This document shows positions 25,140 to 43,702 of a DNA stretch of 64,000 bases, piece by piece. Positions within the stretch are counted from its first letter, which is position 1. Each line of letters opens with the position of its first letter. The notes under the pieces were generated by a model that saw only the letters and a list, made by a program, of their open reading frames with translations, had not been told where the DNA came from and searched no databases. A program made the translations under genes and the position numbers. Location of the stretch: assembly GCA_964016885.1 (NCBI GenBank), contig OZ024754.1, forward strand, positions 7,130,001-7,194,000, written 5' to 3'. The DNA comes from Eledone cirrhosa (lineage: Eukaryota).

Positions 25140-26095
25140 TACAATAAAGTTCTCTAAAGTGGATTTCTTATTGACACGAAAGCTAAGTAAATACTACTTC
25201 ATCAATTTTGTGCTTCTCTTTCGATAATTTTCTTCCGATAAATTAAAGATGAGAGGATTTTGCTTGTTTTATCTTCAAAATGAATAATGTATTAAAATAA
25301 CACTGAACTGGTTATGGCTAAATGTAAATAAACATATCCAAGAGTTAAAGATATTACTTGAAGATAGTTAAATATATTACTTGAAGTAGAGAGAATCTAT
25401 GGAAATGAAAATTAATACTTGAAATACCTTGAAGACATATATGTATATTTAATGATTAACTAAGCAGAAAATATTTGCATAAGCTTCGTTTAAAGAAGGA
25501 AATAATTTGTGTTTAAACATAAAGATTCACTGAAGCAAAAATGAATACACAGATTCAATATTATTGTGAGTTAATTGTTGTATGAAGATCTTGGAAAGTA
25601 GTGTCGTGAGATATAGAGTATTATAAAGATAGGAAACGTATTATGACGACTTGACAAATTATATAATAGGCTTAGTAAATTGTTTGAGATAATTAGTTAT
25701 CGTTTAAGTATCTCTGATTGTATGGAAAACTCACCAAGGTGAACGAAAAATAATGGAATTTTATATCTATGCATATCTGATCTTCTTGGCAGAGATATTC
25801 TGCTACAGATAAGCTGGAATTAGATGCGATGGGTTAGGTATAACCGAGATTTCCTAAACAAAGTTCCGTTGCCCTGGCACTGTTGATTTGGATGGAGAAG
25901 GGAAACTCCATTATTCAGGTGTGATGCCAGAAATAACTGCAAATGAGAGTGTGGGGATACTGACAAGTCTCTGGCTGATGAAATGTGTTATAGATTGGCT
26001 CCCATTGAGAGGGATGATTTGCCTCTGGAAGCTTAGAAGCTTAGACTGGAAGCAATGTCTCTGTGGGTGGTACCCACATATATTTATTTATTTAT

Positions 26096-26440
26096 AATAC
26101 AACATATAGAGGGGAAAGACACAGAAAAGAGTGTTTTTATTTACAGGAATTTCAAACCACTAGCGTGAAGAGAATATAAGCTACTAGAGGCATAGGAAAA
26201 ACATTAAAATTAATTAAATTTAATTTTAATTTTAATGTTTCTCCTATGCCTCTATTAGCTTATATTATCTTCACGCTGGTGGTTTGAAATTCCTGTAAAG
26301 AAAAACACACTCTTCTGTGTCTTTCCCCTCTATATATTGTATTTTAAAGTGCCCAGGAAAACTCTTTCCTTTGAGCTCATTTAATTACAGGATTATACGC
26401 GAGTCCTTTGCTCTGTTATTTTACTTTATTTATTTATATA
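26096..26440 (+). mobile_element. Fold-back element with ~120-bp inverted arms and a unique extension to a TA-rich tract
   Basis: 26096-26215 is the reverse complement of 26227-26344. Confidence 0.75.
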
Positions 26441-27507
26441 TATATTTATTTATTTCATGACAGTCAATATAAAGAAATGAAGCCTATACATTTATTTATA
26501 TTTATTTATGTTTTAAGATTTTTAGATTTTCAAAACGTTGACAAAATAAATACATATGGTGTGTCTTCAATTACCATCCCTGCATCTTCGCAATAATGAA
26601 AATGCTATGAGACTCTTTGAAATGTCGTAACTGTAAAATCATTTATCAATGAAATCTGCATGTTTTACATGTATTTTCACATATTTCCCATCACATAGCT
26701 TTTATTTGTCACTTCTGGCGTGTGGAAAGTCGTGACAGCAACCAATAACACAAAGATAAAAGATTGGACTTATTAACTTCTAAGTTGGAAAACATCTCTT
26801 TAAACCAATGCAACTCATCTTTCTTCCATTATTACTGCTGCTTTCGTTTTCTATATGCCCGCTCTAATGTCAGTATTTATTTACATATTTATTTATCTAT
26901 CTATTTTTCTGTTAGATTCAAACACTTTTTGTTCTAGTAAAATGGCAAAGTGAACGGTGCTGATAATGTTTTGATAAAATATATTCGTTCGTGGATTCTT
27001 TAATACAAATTTCAAACACTTCATGTTGACATATCTTTACATGGAGATATTTGTAATTATTCTTTCAATGTTTTGTTGTTTCGTATACGTTACTACATCT
27101 TTGATCATTTGTGTAACTAGCTGAATACATAAAATGTTTGTTTTAGACAAATATATATTTCAACTGAAAATACGATACAAATTTTATACTCTCTATATTA
27201 TACACAATACAATTATAAATGTTTAGCTTAAAATACTTATTTTAAAAAAGAACAGTTTCTATTTCACCAACCATCATATATTTCGAATGATAGTTAAACA
27301 ACACAAAATGTATGCTATCCATGCTATACAAAATAGTATATATATATGTATATATAGAGTAATAATAATAAATGTGAAGACTAAAATCCGAAGAGGGCTC
27401 GATAAGGATTATATATAGATATATATAAAAACCGTAGAAATATTTATTAAAATAACATATTAAAGTTTAAGCAAAGAATTGCTGTATAATATATATATAT
27501 ATATATA

Positions 27508-28234
27508 TCTATACATATATATAAAACTGAAATTGTCTGTGTGTGTGGCCTAATTTTGGCAAAGTCTATACAAATCCTCATTTCTTCTCCGATTGACTTC
27601 AAACTAGCAGTCTAAAGATATTAACTGCAGCTTTTATTTTTCAATTTTCTGTTGTTAAAGTCGTTCTTTTCACTAAAACCTTAAGCCCTTTTGGTCAGTT
27701 CAGTTCGGCAATTTTGTCTACAACAATGTTCAAGAGAAACAACTCTTTAGTATTTTGAAAGTGTTACCTCTCTTTATAGACTATATTATCCCTACTTAAA
27801 CGTAGATCCCTTGAAATTGTTGGTGAAAGCGTTCGGCATCCAATATAACAGTTCGGTCTATATCAGATTGGGTAAACTTTTGTAACCTTAAAAGTATCCA
27901 ACTAAATTCCTTCATGCTATCCACCACTGCAGTCCTTCATGCTTACTGCTCTGTAACTTTCATTGTACCATAGCACAACAAATACATGTTCGGTTTGTCG
28001 AATGCCTTTTTACTTAACCCTATCGTCTTGGCTTTCGTGAGTTGAATATTTTACTCTCAGGTACCCAATTAAGTTAAACCCCTGGTAATCTACGACGAAT
28101 TTTTTTATAAGCACAAAATGTAGACACCATCCCCAGGCCGAGGTATTGCGTACTTCTCTGTACTGTTTCAGAAAGGAGGGATAAACATGTCAATCTATGT
28201 TTAGAAGCCCGAACAACGCCGGGCCATTCTGCTA

Positions 28235-28235
<1 letters not shown>
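27508..28235 (+). mobile_element. Non-autonomous Helitron
   Basis: A|TC start, subterminal hairpin GCCCG-AACAACGC-CGGGC, CTAG|T end; a related 5' end lies on the minus strand at 30187-30229. Confidence 0.8.
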
Positions 28236-28310
<75 letters not shown>

Positions 28311-29308
28311 GTATATATATATATATATATATATAAGTGTAAAGAATTAGTATATCTACCAACATATATATACAGATGCATACCTATGCTAGCAAATATA
28401 TTTTTTTTGTGAATTGACTTGTTGAATCTATTTTACTAGATCACATACATTTAAAATATATTCGGAGGAAATAATCTCTGAAGATATTGAATTTTAAGTT
28501 GAATTATATCTTCACTCTACGGAATATATTTAGAGAAAAAATATTAGCAAATTTGCGAGAACAAATACATAAACTTTCTTTTAGTATAAAACACGTTTTA
28601 CGGTCAAAATTTCAAAGAATTGTAAAATTAAATGGAATGATTAAAAGAATAGAAATTTGCGCCAATTTAAATAGAACGAAAATTAAAAAAAACAAAACAA
28701 ATCAAATTACTTGAAGTTTTTAATTATTTAAAATAAAAATAAAATCTGGAAATTTGTCTGGAATATTCTAAAAGGCTTTGATGGAAAAAACATCTAAGGC
28801 CTAGTTAGCAAGTCTCAAAACTTATGTCTGCAATAAAAGATTTAAAGTACTTTCCTGTGATGACTTAAGTTACAACATCTAAAGACTTTATAGCATTATG
28901 CTATTATACAGTCTCTTGTTGTTATTGTTGTTGTTAGTCCCAAGTAAGGGCGGCCATTGGCAGATATTGGTAGAGCGTCGGACATCTTGCTTCACAGTAT
29001 ATAGTTATAGTGTCTTCTCAATATATTGTTTATACCAGTGTCAATATGTCCTAATTTCAAATCCCGCCAAGGTTAATTTTTCCTTTCATCCTTACAAGCA
29101 AGGGCCTTGTTTCTATATTTTATTTTTGGTTTATTTGATATAATAGGAAAACATTTCTAATCCATCTCCCTTATGTCAGTTTACTTATTAAATTCTTCTG
29201 AAGATGCAAATATCCGCTACATAAAATATTTTAATGAAGATTTTTTAAAAATGAATAAGGAAAGATGAAAGCAGTGATATAAGTCGCATTAGCTATTAAT
29301 TATATTAC

Positions 29309-29311
<3 letters not shown>

Positions 29312-29401
<90 letters not shown>

Positions 29402-29580
29402 CATACACACACATACATCTGTGTATTTCTCTCTCTCTCTGTATATACATATATATATACACACACACATACATCTGTGTGTTTGTGTATATATATACAC
29501 ACATACATCTGTGTGTTTGTATATATATATATACACATATACATATGTGTGTTTGTACGTGTGTGTATATGTGTGTTTTT
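29312..29580. repeat. (CT)n and mixed TA/CA microsatellite
   Basis: Directly visible. Confidence 0.95.
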
Positions 29581-32254
29581 GTGCTATAATTATATGTATG
29601 TGTGCGATTACGAGTTTGGTTAATAGAATTTTTTTCATATTTGTTATATTTTTTCATGCGAAAGACTAAAGAATTTAGCCTGTATTAGCTCAATTCTTCA
29701 TGTACCATACATTTTTATGACAGATACAAACAAATTTTGTTTTTAATTTCCACTTGCATATTAGAGAACTAGTAGACGGATAGAAAGATAGATGCACGTA
29801 TATTTGTGATTATGTACATGTTAACAAGAGATTGTGTTTCACATCTACTAAAATGTGAGATCGTATAAAAAATATTTCAAAATCTGTTGAACGAAAATCA
29901 ACCCCAATTGTAATGGCGGACCAGAATATGAGATCTTTCTAGAAGTTACTAGTTGTCTTTCTATGGCGTTTCCTTTGTAAAAAAAAAAAAAATGTGCTCC
30001 TCTTGTGTTGTTACTCAGCATGATATAAAATATCAAAAGGACAAATTTCAGAAATTTAAATGTTTATAAACATATGTCTAGTTCAAATTTTATTCCAATA
30101 TTGAAATATATTGCCTAAAGCAATTCAAAGATGGAAGAAATATCAATAGTCAGTTCGGTGCTTCTCTAGTTTTAGGGATTCAAACTCACACACACACAGA
30201 CAGACATCCTCAGTTTTATATATATAGATTATTGAAGACTATCAACTTAATGGTCTGTTACACTGCATAACGACACGAAAAACATATTTTGCTTTTATAA
30301 ATTTCACAGTTAAAAAAACAACTTTAAATAATCTATTGTTTTAAAATCATGTTTGAGTATCGCAACATTTTGTGAAAGCATGCCATACATTTACTATTAA
30401 TAGTAAAACTTTTATCAAACATAATGTAAATCTAATTATGAATATATACATGATTTGAAGCAGAAATTATTCATGTTTTTGTTTATCACTAAAGGTCTTA
30501 TGATATTTACACGGTATGTAGTTTCACCAAATTTGTGATTACTGAAACTTTTGAATTCTGAAACATATACTATTCCCACGGCGACAATCTGATACATACA
30601 TACATACTTACATATATTTAAATATTTTTGTACATATTATATGTACGTGTCTATATAATATACACATATATAGATGCATATAAATATAAATGTATAAATG
30701 CATGTATATAAATCTCTATATATATACATGTATAAATGTATGTGTATATATATATATAAAGCATATGTATAAAATGTGTGCATATATATATATATATACA
30801 CAACATATATGTATAAAATGTGTGTGTATGTGTGTGAATAAGTGGCTAATCTATCCTATATTAGTAACCTTTGGGATTGGTGTGTGTTTAAGAAGCCAGA
30901 AGTTTTGTTTATTATAGAATATATAGACTGTGTAAATATGATAAGACTTTCAGCGATATATCAACACTTGAATTATTTCTGCCTCGAAACCTATGAACAT
31001 AATTCTTTGACCTTAAACTCTGCCAGTTGTAGACTGCGCATCAACATAAGATATTTTTCTGCACAAAATTCGACCACCATCAGCAGACCCTCGAAGAGTG
31101 AACAGGCGGGCACACCAGCAGTCCCAGACTGATGTGACAGCTATGACTAGGGGATCATATCAGCAACCTCGGACTGGTGTGATTTATACGAATAGAAGAA
31201 ACACCCAAACAAAGAATCTAATCGCAAATAAGAAGAACCAGGGCCGCCCCTATGAGCATTGGATTTGGTGTACTTCATATTTGTTTTGGTTGCTGAATAC
31301 AATCAGGGGTCGCTGCTTCTCCTGAAGGTCAATAGTTCTTTTCTAACTCAAGCGGGAGCTCCTTTCCATTGTCAATTTATATTAATCATCTGCAAAGCCG
31401 CATTGTTCTCAGAACCACTACACCAGTCTTTCGATGCGTGCAGTTGGAACTACTGCCACTCATTGATTTGGTAGGATCTCAACTCATTTCTACAGCTGAG
31501 TAAACTGGAACAACGTGAAATAAAGTGTCTTGCTCAAGGACACAACACATCACCTGGTCCGAGAATCGAACTCACAACCTTTCGATTGCAAGCCCAATAC
31601 TCTAACTACTAAGCCATGCGCCTTCACCAGACAAAGAAAAATACCTTTAATATCTGCACATACAACACACGTACCATCAATGACCGTAACACCAACTCCC
31701 TTGAGACAATGATGAACACACATATTTAGATCTAAACTATGTTTGGTAAAATTTTAAAAGTCTCCAAGTATTGCTCTATTTCTGCAGTATATTTCGATTT
31801 TTGAATATTATTTTTTATAAGCTTATGATCACGATCCCTTATCATCTTCCGGGGAAACCCCTTCTCCATTCAGTCCACCGGAGCTGTGGGGAGGCCAGCA
31901 CGTGGGACCCCATTTTCTCACCATACAGAGAGATGGGTGTAGGTGAGAGAGATGGAGGCGATGACAGTGGGAGTTCGGCTCTTCCACGTTCGGATCATAA
32001 CCTTGTGGTTGCGTTCATTATCTATAAAGTTCATTCTTTTTTCTTTGTCTGGTTTTCAGTCAGTAGACTGCGGCAATGCTGGAGTACCACCGAAATAAAA
32101 GTTTGTGCCAAGATTACGGTTTCAACTTTCAACCTTAAATTTATAAAAATGATCTTTTTAATGTCTTGTATCCTGCAGCGCTCTCCTACCCTAAAAAATA
32201 ATACAAACACCCCAAGCATATTCTTTAATATTAAGGGGACGTCACAGAGACATA

Positions 32255-32257
<3 letters not shown>

Positions 32258-32326
<69 letters not shown>

Positions 32327-32457
32327 TGTCTATATAGTGAAGAGGTTTCGTAGATACTCCTCAACGGATATTAATGAATGAGGAAAAAACATTTAAAAAT
32401 CCTAATATATTGCTATATTTGGGGAGAGTTATATTGTTATATATTGTTATAATATTG

Positions 32458-32504
<47 letters not shown>

Positions 32505-32547
32505 ATATATATATATGTGTGTGTGTATATATATATGTGTGTGTGTG

Positions 32548-32604
<57 letters not shown>

Positions 32605-32645
32605 GTGTGTGTGTGTGTGTATATATATATGTGTGTGTGTGTGTG

Positions 32646-32687
<42 letters not shown>

Positions 32688-32720
32688 TGTGTGTGTTTAT
32701 ATATATGTATATGTATGTAA
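32258..32720. repeat. (GT)n and alternating (TA)n/(TG)n arrays
   Basis: Directly visible. Confidence 0.95.
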
Positions 32721-32803
32721 GAGGTAAACAGAAATAACAACACAATCGGAAGAGTATATGGAAGGAATATATTAGGTTAACGCTTGAAATAGCAGGAAGC
32801 GCG

Positions 32804-32839
32804 TCTTAACGTTTCGGACGCTAGTCCTTCATCAGAAGA
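32804..32839 (-). ncRNA. Minimal type-I hammerhead ribozyme in a Penelope-like 3' remnant (~32720-33050)
   Basis: TCTT-CTGATGA-A-GGAC-TAGC-GTCC-GAAACGTT-AAGA: 4-bp stem I, stem II with tetraloop, palindromic ACGT stem III. Confidence 0.8.
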
Positions 32840-33259
32840 AAGAATGAGAAATTCGATAGATTGAAGAGACTGGCGGTGTGGAATTGGAAAACAATGTCTT
32901 TAGAGAAAAATAACAGGTCTATTTATGTTGCCATCTCTTGGAATTGGAAAACTGTTGATGCTGGCGTTTGGTGTGTGATATATTTTCTTTAGAAAAGTGG
33001 TTGATGGAGCGCGTCTACCTGAAATGGAAAAATAAAAACCGTTTTGTATAAAGAGCTATAATTGTGTGCGTGCGTAAGCATCTGTGTACGTGTGTGTGTG
33101 TGTGTGTGTGCGTGTGTTATTATACGTCCGTACGAAGCTAAGAGGATATGTGTGTGTATATGTAAGTAAAAGAGAGTGTGTATGTGCTTGTAAGTACGAA
33201 GCCATGAGCAAAAAGAAGTATGATAATATAAAGGTGTGTATGTGTGTGTGTATGCGGAG

Positions 33260-36474
<3,215 letters not shown>

Positions 36475-38114
36475 CTATTAATATTGAATAAAACAAACTT
36501 CTGTAGCTGTCTCTTACATAATATCTTTGTAATTATTCAAGTATGTTATTTTAAATGTCAAATATAGAGACTTTACGATAAAAATCTAAATTACACTTAA
36601 TAATATTTAATTAGTTAACAGTTGTGTACATAAAACGCACCATTTTAAAATTAGCGAAAGGTTTTAGCGACTATGAGGTGAATTTGTAAACATTGACTGT
36701 GGGTGTCTATTTTTAATTAAGTTGTATTAATTAAGTTTAATGTGGTAATTTCTTTTATAGCCAGCAATATAACCCGCATTACATTCTCTTGATTAATGAA
36801 TGACAAATATTTGAGCAAGCCGTATTTCTAAATATCAGAGGACAAAACAATTTAATCGATTGTATAATCGAGATACAATTATCTTGTTGTTATTATGAAA
36901 TAACAATAATAAAAATAAGTGGGGGCGCGTAGCCTAGTGGTAAGGGTGTTGGACTTAGGATCATAAAAAAACATTGACTTCAGCGGGTTTTGAACTCAGA
37001 ACTCAAAGAGTCGGAACGAATGCTGCACAGAATTCTATCTGGAGTTCTAGCGACTCTGCTTATTCACACGCTGTATGTAGTTTTAGGTGCAGGTGCGTGG
37101 ACTAGTGGTAAGGGTGTTGGATAATAATATCGTGGATTAAATTCCTGGGCTGGGTTGCGTGTTGTGCTCACTTGAGCAAAGCACGTCACTTCATGTTGCT
37201 CACGTTGCTGAAAATGAGTACCAGCAAGAACTGGGGATTTAACCCTACGATGGACTAGCGTCCTGTCCAGTGGTATCTATATTTGTGGGTGAGTGAATGA
37301 CAGAAACGATAAGTGTGTGTACATGTGTGTTTGTGGGCGTCCATATCTTGCAATGTGACTTTTGGTTGCAGAAATTATAAGAAAGTTAGGTTGTTCTTGA
37401 TACTATACATAGAATACATACGTCATTTGAAAATAAATGTGAGTCTTCTAGTAGAAACGTATTCTGTAGCTTTTAATTCACATGTAATAACAGACACAAT
37501 ACTAAATCATCATATCCTCTGTTTGGTTTCTAATATACAGAATAGAATATTCGTTTCTGTTACAGCTCTAAGATTTCCCAAGATAATACTGTCTCACTTA
37601 ATTAATGACATAATTTGAACTTGAACTATACTAAGGAGTCTTAGTCACAGACGCAACACTGATGGTAGATAGTGAAAAACTGTCTGCTTTGCTATTAATG
37701 CAATATCATATCGACGTTTCCATCAGAAGTTCTAGACAATATATTTACTAGTAACTATGAAACAGTGTAAAGGGAATATCAAATTGAGAAGTTGTCATAG
37801 TGATGTTTATTAAGAAGAGTGAAATGACAAAAGATCAGTGTTTAAACTACAGCATTAGAATTCTAATATATTCATTTGAAAATCCTACGAAGTGTTGGAA
37901 GAATAAAATAATAATTAGAGGAGAATATATTAAGATTTCCATGAGTAGCAGAATCTTGCGTAAACTGGAGAAATGCCAGAATCAGTGACTTCTTAAATGT
38001 AGAATAGTTTTCTTTTTCTTTTCTTTTATAGAAACACGTAGCAGAAGACGAGACAAAAACCAAAAGTGACATAAAGGGCAAATGGTAAAAACATGAACTT
38101 GAGACATATTAATA

Positions 38115-38293
38115 ATTGTTTCTACTTTTGGCACAAGGCCAGCAATTATCCCAGTGCATTACTGGTACTTTATTTTATCGACCCCGTAAGGATGAAAGGC
38201 AAAGTTCACCTCGGCGGGATTTGAACTCAGAATGGCAGGGGCCGTAACTCCATGCGTCAAAGCATGGCGTCCAACCCTCTACCGATACTGCCT
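38115..38293 (-). mobile_element. SINE family 1
   Basis: Full head-core-tail. Confidence 0.9.
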
Positions 38294-38982
38294 ATTGGCT
38301 AAGTCTACTAAGATGTTTATTTCTACTTGAAGGTAACTTATTTAATAAAAGAAGTATTAGAAGATACAGGAATAGAAGTCTAATCACATTGATAATAAAA
38401 GATAAACCTGATGAGATGAATTATTTAGTGTTTATGTGGTCTATTCCTTAAGACTACACAGCGTAAATGGTTCAAACAGTTTTGCATTGTTTTTTGTATG
38501 ATATAATAAACATATTAGTGGATATATTAACATAACTTCAACAGAGTACATATATACACACGCACACACACACATATGTATAAGCACATAGGTATGCATA
38601 TATATATATATACACATCCACGCGCACACGCACACACACACACGCACACGCACACGCACACCACATACACACACCACACCACATACACACACCACACCAC
38701 ATACACACACTACACCACATACATATTCATACATATATATGCATATATATGCATATATATGCATATATATATACACATACAAATGCATACACATTTACCC
38801 ACATGAATATTGACTTTCACGTGAACACATAACAGACATATGCAAATATGTGTGTGTATGTGTTGTATATATCGTGTTTCGAAGGGGAAGGGAAAGAGAT
38901 GAAAGTTCTAGTCCTATAGAAGTCATAAATCATTTCTATATGAAATAAAGTAGATGCATACATATTCATTCGTATACACGCG

Positions 38983-39028
<46 letters not shown>

Positions 39029-39102
39029 ATATACAGGGTGTACCATATATATATATATTATATATATTATATATATATATTATTTATATATTATATATAT
39101 AT

Positions 39103-39250
39103 AACAAAGGAATTGTGGTAAGGAACCAGATGGACCATAACGCACCAGAGTACTCAATACTTAGGCTAGTAGAGTGGGAAATAGGAAAAAGTATGACCCC
39201 GTCGGCAGAGCTCAAGACATTTCGACGGCTATTTCTGGACTAAATTCTAA
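39103..39250 (-). mobile_element. Family B terminus between (TA)n tracts
   Basis: GTGGTAAGGAACCAGATGGACCATAACGCACCAGAGTACTCAATAC shared with other copies. Confidence 0.75.
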
Positions 39251-40429
39251 TTTATATATATATGAATATATATATATTCGTGTGTGTGCCTGTCTACCGA
39301 TATTTTACATTCTATGATACTGAAATGATAGTGGCATAACGTTAGTGATGATGAAATGTTCAACAGACGATAAATATTGAAATAAAACATTGGCGTCTCA
39401 ATACTTTCGGTACATTCAGCACGACGACGATTAGTTGCACCAATCTAGTCCTAGATAGAATACACAGTCTATCTTTTTATAGCATATAACAATGAAGCAG
39501 ATATGTCAATAAAAACCCTGTCTTTAAAAACAAATAAAAGAGGTTATTTTAGTTACTCCTGACTTTTATGACAGTTCTGGTTGTATTTCTATTCGTTTCT
39601 ATGTTTGTTCATTTAGTGTGTAGGAAATATTTCTCTGAAATTTAAACAGAAATTGTTGATATAGACGTTGTAAAAACAACGATTAAAATAATGTATATGT
39701 AATGGACGCGGGATAGTTTTGACGATGAGTATTCAAGCTTTCCGATCAACTGAATACCCTGTAAATAAAATTAATTTATGTCTGATTTTTCTATAGGTAC
39801 GTGTAACCTTACGTAATTTTCTGGGAGGTTTATTGCGACACTGTGTGCGGCATGAATGCACCTTGGAATTATGGGTACAGTTCTCTCGAAGGGCTTCCAA
39901 ACAGATTTAGTCTACCCGAATTCACTCATAAGGCTCGAAACTATAATAAAATTACATTTGAACAAGATCCCATGCACTGGGATTGAACCTGGGACCTAAT
40001 GATTGCGAAGTGAACCCTTCAACCCTTAAGCTATGAGAATTTATATAGCATCAGAACTACTATAATATATAGCAGAGAAGTAGCAGAGTCGTTAGAACAT
40101 CGGAATAACTGCTTCGTAGTGTTCGAGCTCTCTATATTCTGTTTTCACACCCCGTTGAAGTCAACTGTCTCATTTTTTCGGGGTCGATAAATAAAACTCC
40201 AGTTCACATTGGCGGAGTTGTTGAAGCGCTTTTTGTTTTTTCAGTCCATTGTGTTCTATGTTTCTTGCGTCCTCACTGCTACCTAGTAGTATTGGCCCTT
40301 GCTTTTTCTCTTGTACAAAATTAGTCGTGTTGAGAGAAGAGACTTGCATGTATGGACAACTGCTGCAGAAAATACCTTGCTCAAAAATGTGCTTTGGTGT
40401 GGAATTTTATATTTACAGATCCATGTTCT

Positions 40430-43015
40430 CGGACAATATACAGAGACCCTGGATTATCATATGAGCATTCTATGATCTATCAGGAGAGTTTCTGCATTGT
40501 TACTCGAACTGCTCGAAATAGCAGTGAAATCCACCTCTTAAAACCGCACAGTACTGTTTTAGAGAGAGAAAATATAGTGCTTAATATTTCTGTGATAGAA
40601 AGGTCGTGATTGAAATGCCTTGAATCATTTGATCCTGGTTGACCCGTGACCTGGGGCTGTACAATAACAATAATAATAAGTATTTCTAAGAAAGTTTCAA
40701 GGTTGGTGGTGGTCGTGTCTGGCATCAAGTTTCCATTTAGCCTCACAGACACACACACAAAAATGTAAAATGAAATGTAAGATCACTCACTAACTAATGA
40801 GATAATATTTCAGATCAAACACTTTTGCCAGACACGAATTGAAGCTTGTAAAATCCTTCATATAAATAAATCTCAGTTCCTATCTTAAAATTAGTTAATT
40901 GCTTCAATAAAACGACTGTAAAAACGTCTTTTATAATCAAGAATACGCCATGAACCATGACCCCTCTGTGTGTATATATAACAATATGTGTGTATATAAC
41001 TAAGTCGTGTGGTCATGCTAAATACATACAGCTTGTCTTATACATTTAAACCTGGCAGAACCCATCCCTTCCAGTCGGTTTCTTGACAAAGAAATAGAGA
41101 GAGACAGGTAAAAAGGAGTGAGAATGAGATCTAGAGTAAGAATGGACCTTAGTATTTGACTGGTTCTTTATAAAACTAGAAAAGGGTAAAGGGAAAATTT
41201 TCATGGATGGGATTTGAACACAGATTGCAGTGAGCCGGAGGTAACAACGCAAAACATTCTATCCTAAGTTATAACAACTCTACCATTTTAAAGCCTCTAC
41301 CCAGAATAAAGAGAACTTACAGAGCAGCTCTTTCAAGATTATTTAAATAATTGTTTCTACTTTTGGCACAAGGCCAGCAATTATCCCAGTGTATTACTGG
41401 TTCTTTATTTTATCGACCCCGTAAGGATGAAAGGCAAAGTTAACCTCGGCGGGATTTGAACTCGGTCCGTAAAGGGACGTAACTGTGCTGCAAAGCATGG
41501 CGCCCGACCCTCTACCGATACTGCCAAAGATTTACTGCTGATATTTACAACAACCCCTAATAAATATATTCAGCTATTACGTTGCTTCCTAGAGCATACA
41601 TAATCTGTTCAATATAGAGCATTTGTAATCATGAAATAAAACATAAAGATTAGATGAAATTAATGTAAATTTCTTGTGGAACAATGAATGCTTGCAGCAG
41701 AGTGAACGTCGCTGAAGGTACTCAAGTTACACGAGTCGGCCATATCGTGTTGGGAATTCAGAACGTAAAGAGACAAATACTACGAAGCATCCAATCTGAC
41801 GTTCTAAATGTTTTTGTACTCGGAAAATATACGGAGACCCTGGATTATAATATGGGAAATCTATGAAGGAAGGTTTCTCCATTATCACTTCACCTGCTCC
41901 AAATAGCAGCCATCTCCACATCTCAAACTGCACAGTACAGTTTTGGAGAGAAAAAATATAGTTTCTACTTTTGGCATAAGGCCAGAGACTACCCTATTGC
42001 ACCACTGGTACTTTATTTTATCGACCCCGTAAGGATGAATGAAAGGTAAAGTTAACCTCGGAGGATTTGAACTCACAACACAAAAAGGGCCATAACTCTA
42101 TGCTACAAAGAGAGAGAAAATATAGTACTAAATATTTCTGTCATAGAAAGGTCGTGATCCTGGTTGACTTGTGGCCTGGGGTTATACAATAGCGATTTCT
42201 AGTATAGGCACAAGGCCATTAATTTAGGGGAAGGGGGAAAGTCGATTAAATTGAACCCAGTACGTTACTAGTACTTCATTTTATCGACTCCGAAAGGACG
42301 AAAGGCAAAGTTAATCTCGGTAGGATTTGAACTCAGACCGTAAAGGACCATAACTCTATGCTGCAAAGCATGGTGTCGGACTCTCTACCGATACTCCAAT
42401 CCACCGCCCTGGGGCTATACAATAACAACAATAATAAGTATTTCTAAGAAAGAGTTAAGAGTGGTGGTGGTGGTGCCCGGCATAAAGTTCCAGTTTAGAG
42501 CCCCCCCCCCCCGCCCTCCATAAAAAAACAAACAAACAAAAAAAAATGAAAAATGAAACTAATTAGATAATATTGGACAACATTGGTGGCGTGGAGAGGG
42601 AAGACTGGTAAGCATGGGCGACTACTGGTCTTCCACAAACATACATTGCCCAGCTTGGTACCTCGGAAAGAAATTTTCTAGGTGCCAAACCCATGGTCTT
42701 TTAATACATGTCTGTGGAATATTCAACCATAAGCAGGTTAATTTCACAAGCAGACAGCTTCATTGATCTAACAACTGGAGCGCACATCGTCGATCTCGAC
42801 GCAGGATCTTTTCTTGCTTTATAAATCTTTATTTAATTTTCATAGATCCATGTATCGATATATACAACGTGATTCACCCTCTAACACTTACGGATTAGTT
42901 CTTTTAAAGATTATTTCAATAAGATATTTATAGATCTACTCTCGATATTTACAACAACCCAAAATAAATACATTCAGCTATTTCCTTGCTTCCTGGAGCA
43001 TACATAATTTGTTCA
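40430..43015 (+). repeat. Old local tandem duplication (~40430-41610 vs ~41820-43015) with later SINE insertions
   Basis: Collinear matching blocks (GAGACCCTGGATTAT; GAGAAAATATAGT; AAGTATTTCTAAGAAA; GATATTTACAACAACCC). Confidence 0.75.
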
Positions 43016-43451
43016 TCTCCTCTCTACAAGTTTAAACCATGCATTACATATGTTTCTCTATGGCAAACTATAGTTATAGAAAAGTATGATAAAATAATTT
43101 TCCAGCAAATCATTGCCAGAATAAAAAAAAGGTTATTCTCATTCATTTCTTTACCAATAAAATACGATGTTTGGAATGTAATTACATTAGAGGAGATTTC
43201 ATTGTTTTGTCTTTCTTTGCTTTATTTCTTATTTCTGCCATCTTGAAAATTTAGGCAGAAACTGAAATCAAAGATATCAAAACAAAACAAAAATAAATAT
43301 TTAAACAAATAAACAGTCAAAGAACACGATTAAGAAAGAGCAATTGAATTTATGGAACCTATCGATCTTTATCGAAGTTTCGGATTACCATTATATGTGC
43401 ATATATATATATATATATATAAGATCAAAAGATGGTTAAAGGAGTTCCATG

Positions 43452-43521
43452 TATTTTATTATGCGCATTTCAAAAACAAACATCATCATGCAATAATATT
43501 TGTGTTTTCATCAGATAAAAG
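43452..43521 (-). ncRNA. Hammerhead ribozyme (mirror copy in left arm)
   Basis: Reverse complement of the 43632-43702 motif with the core intact. Confidence 0.82.
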
Positions 43522-43631
43522 AGGAGGACATGATATGAAGGCTAAAAAAAACACTTGTGGATAGTGCAGTTTTAAATCAACATAACTGCACTATCCACAA
43601 ATGTTTTTTTAGCCTTCATATCATGTCCTCC

Positions 43632-43702
43632 TGTTTTATCTGATGAAAACACAAATATTATTGCATGATGATGTTTGTTTTTGAAATGCGCATAATAAAA
43701 TA
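43632..43702 (+). ncRNA. Type-I hammerhead ribozyme, predicted AUA cleavage after 43694
   Basis: TGTTTTAT-CTGATGA-long stem II-GAAA-T-GCGC-A-TA-ATAAAATA; stem I 8 bp including one GU; palindromic ATGCGCAT stem III. Confidence 0.85.

Noticed and set aside
31380-31410. Minus-strand FADD motif
   Set aside because: Isolated, flanked by stops, with no other RT motifs nearby
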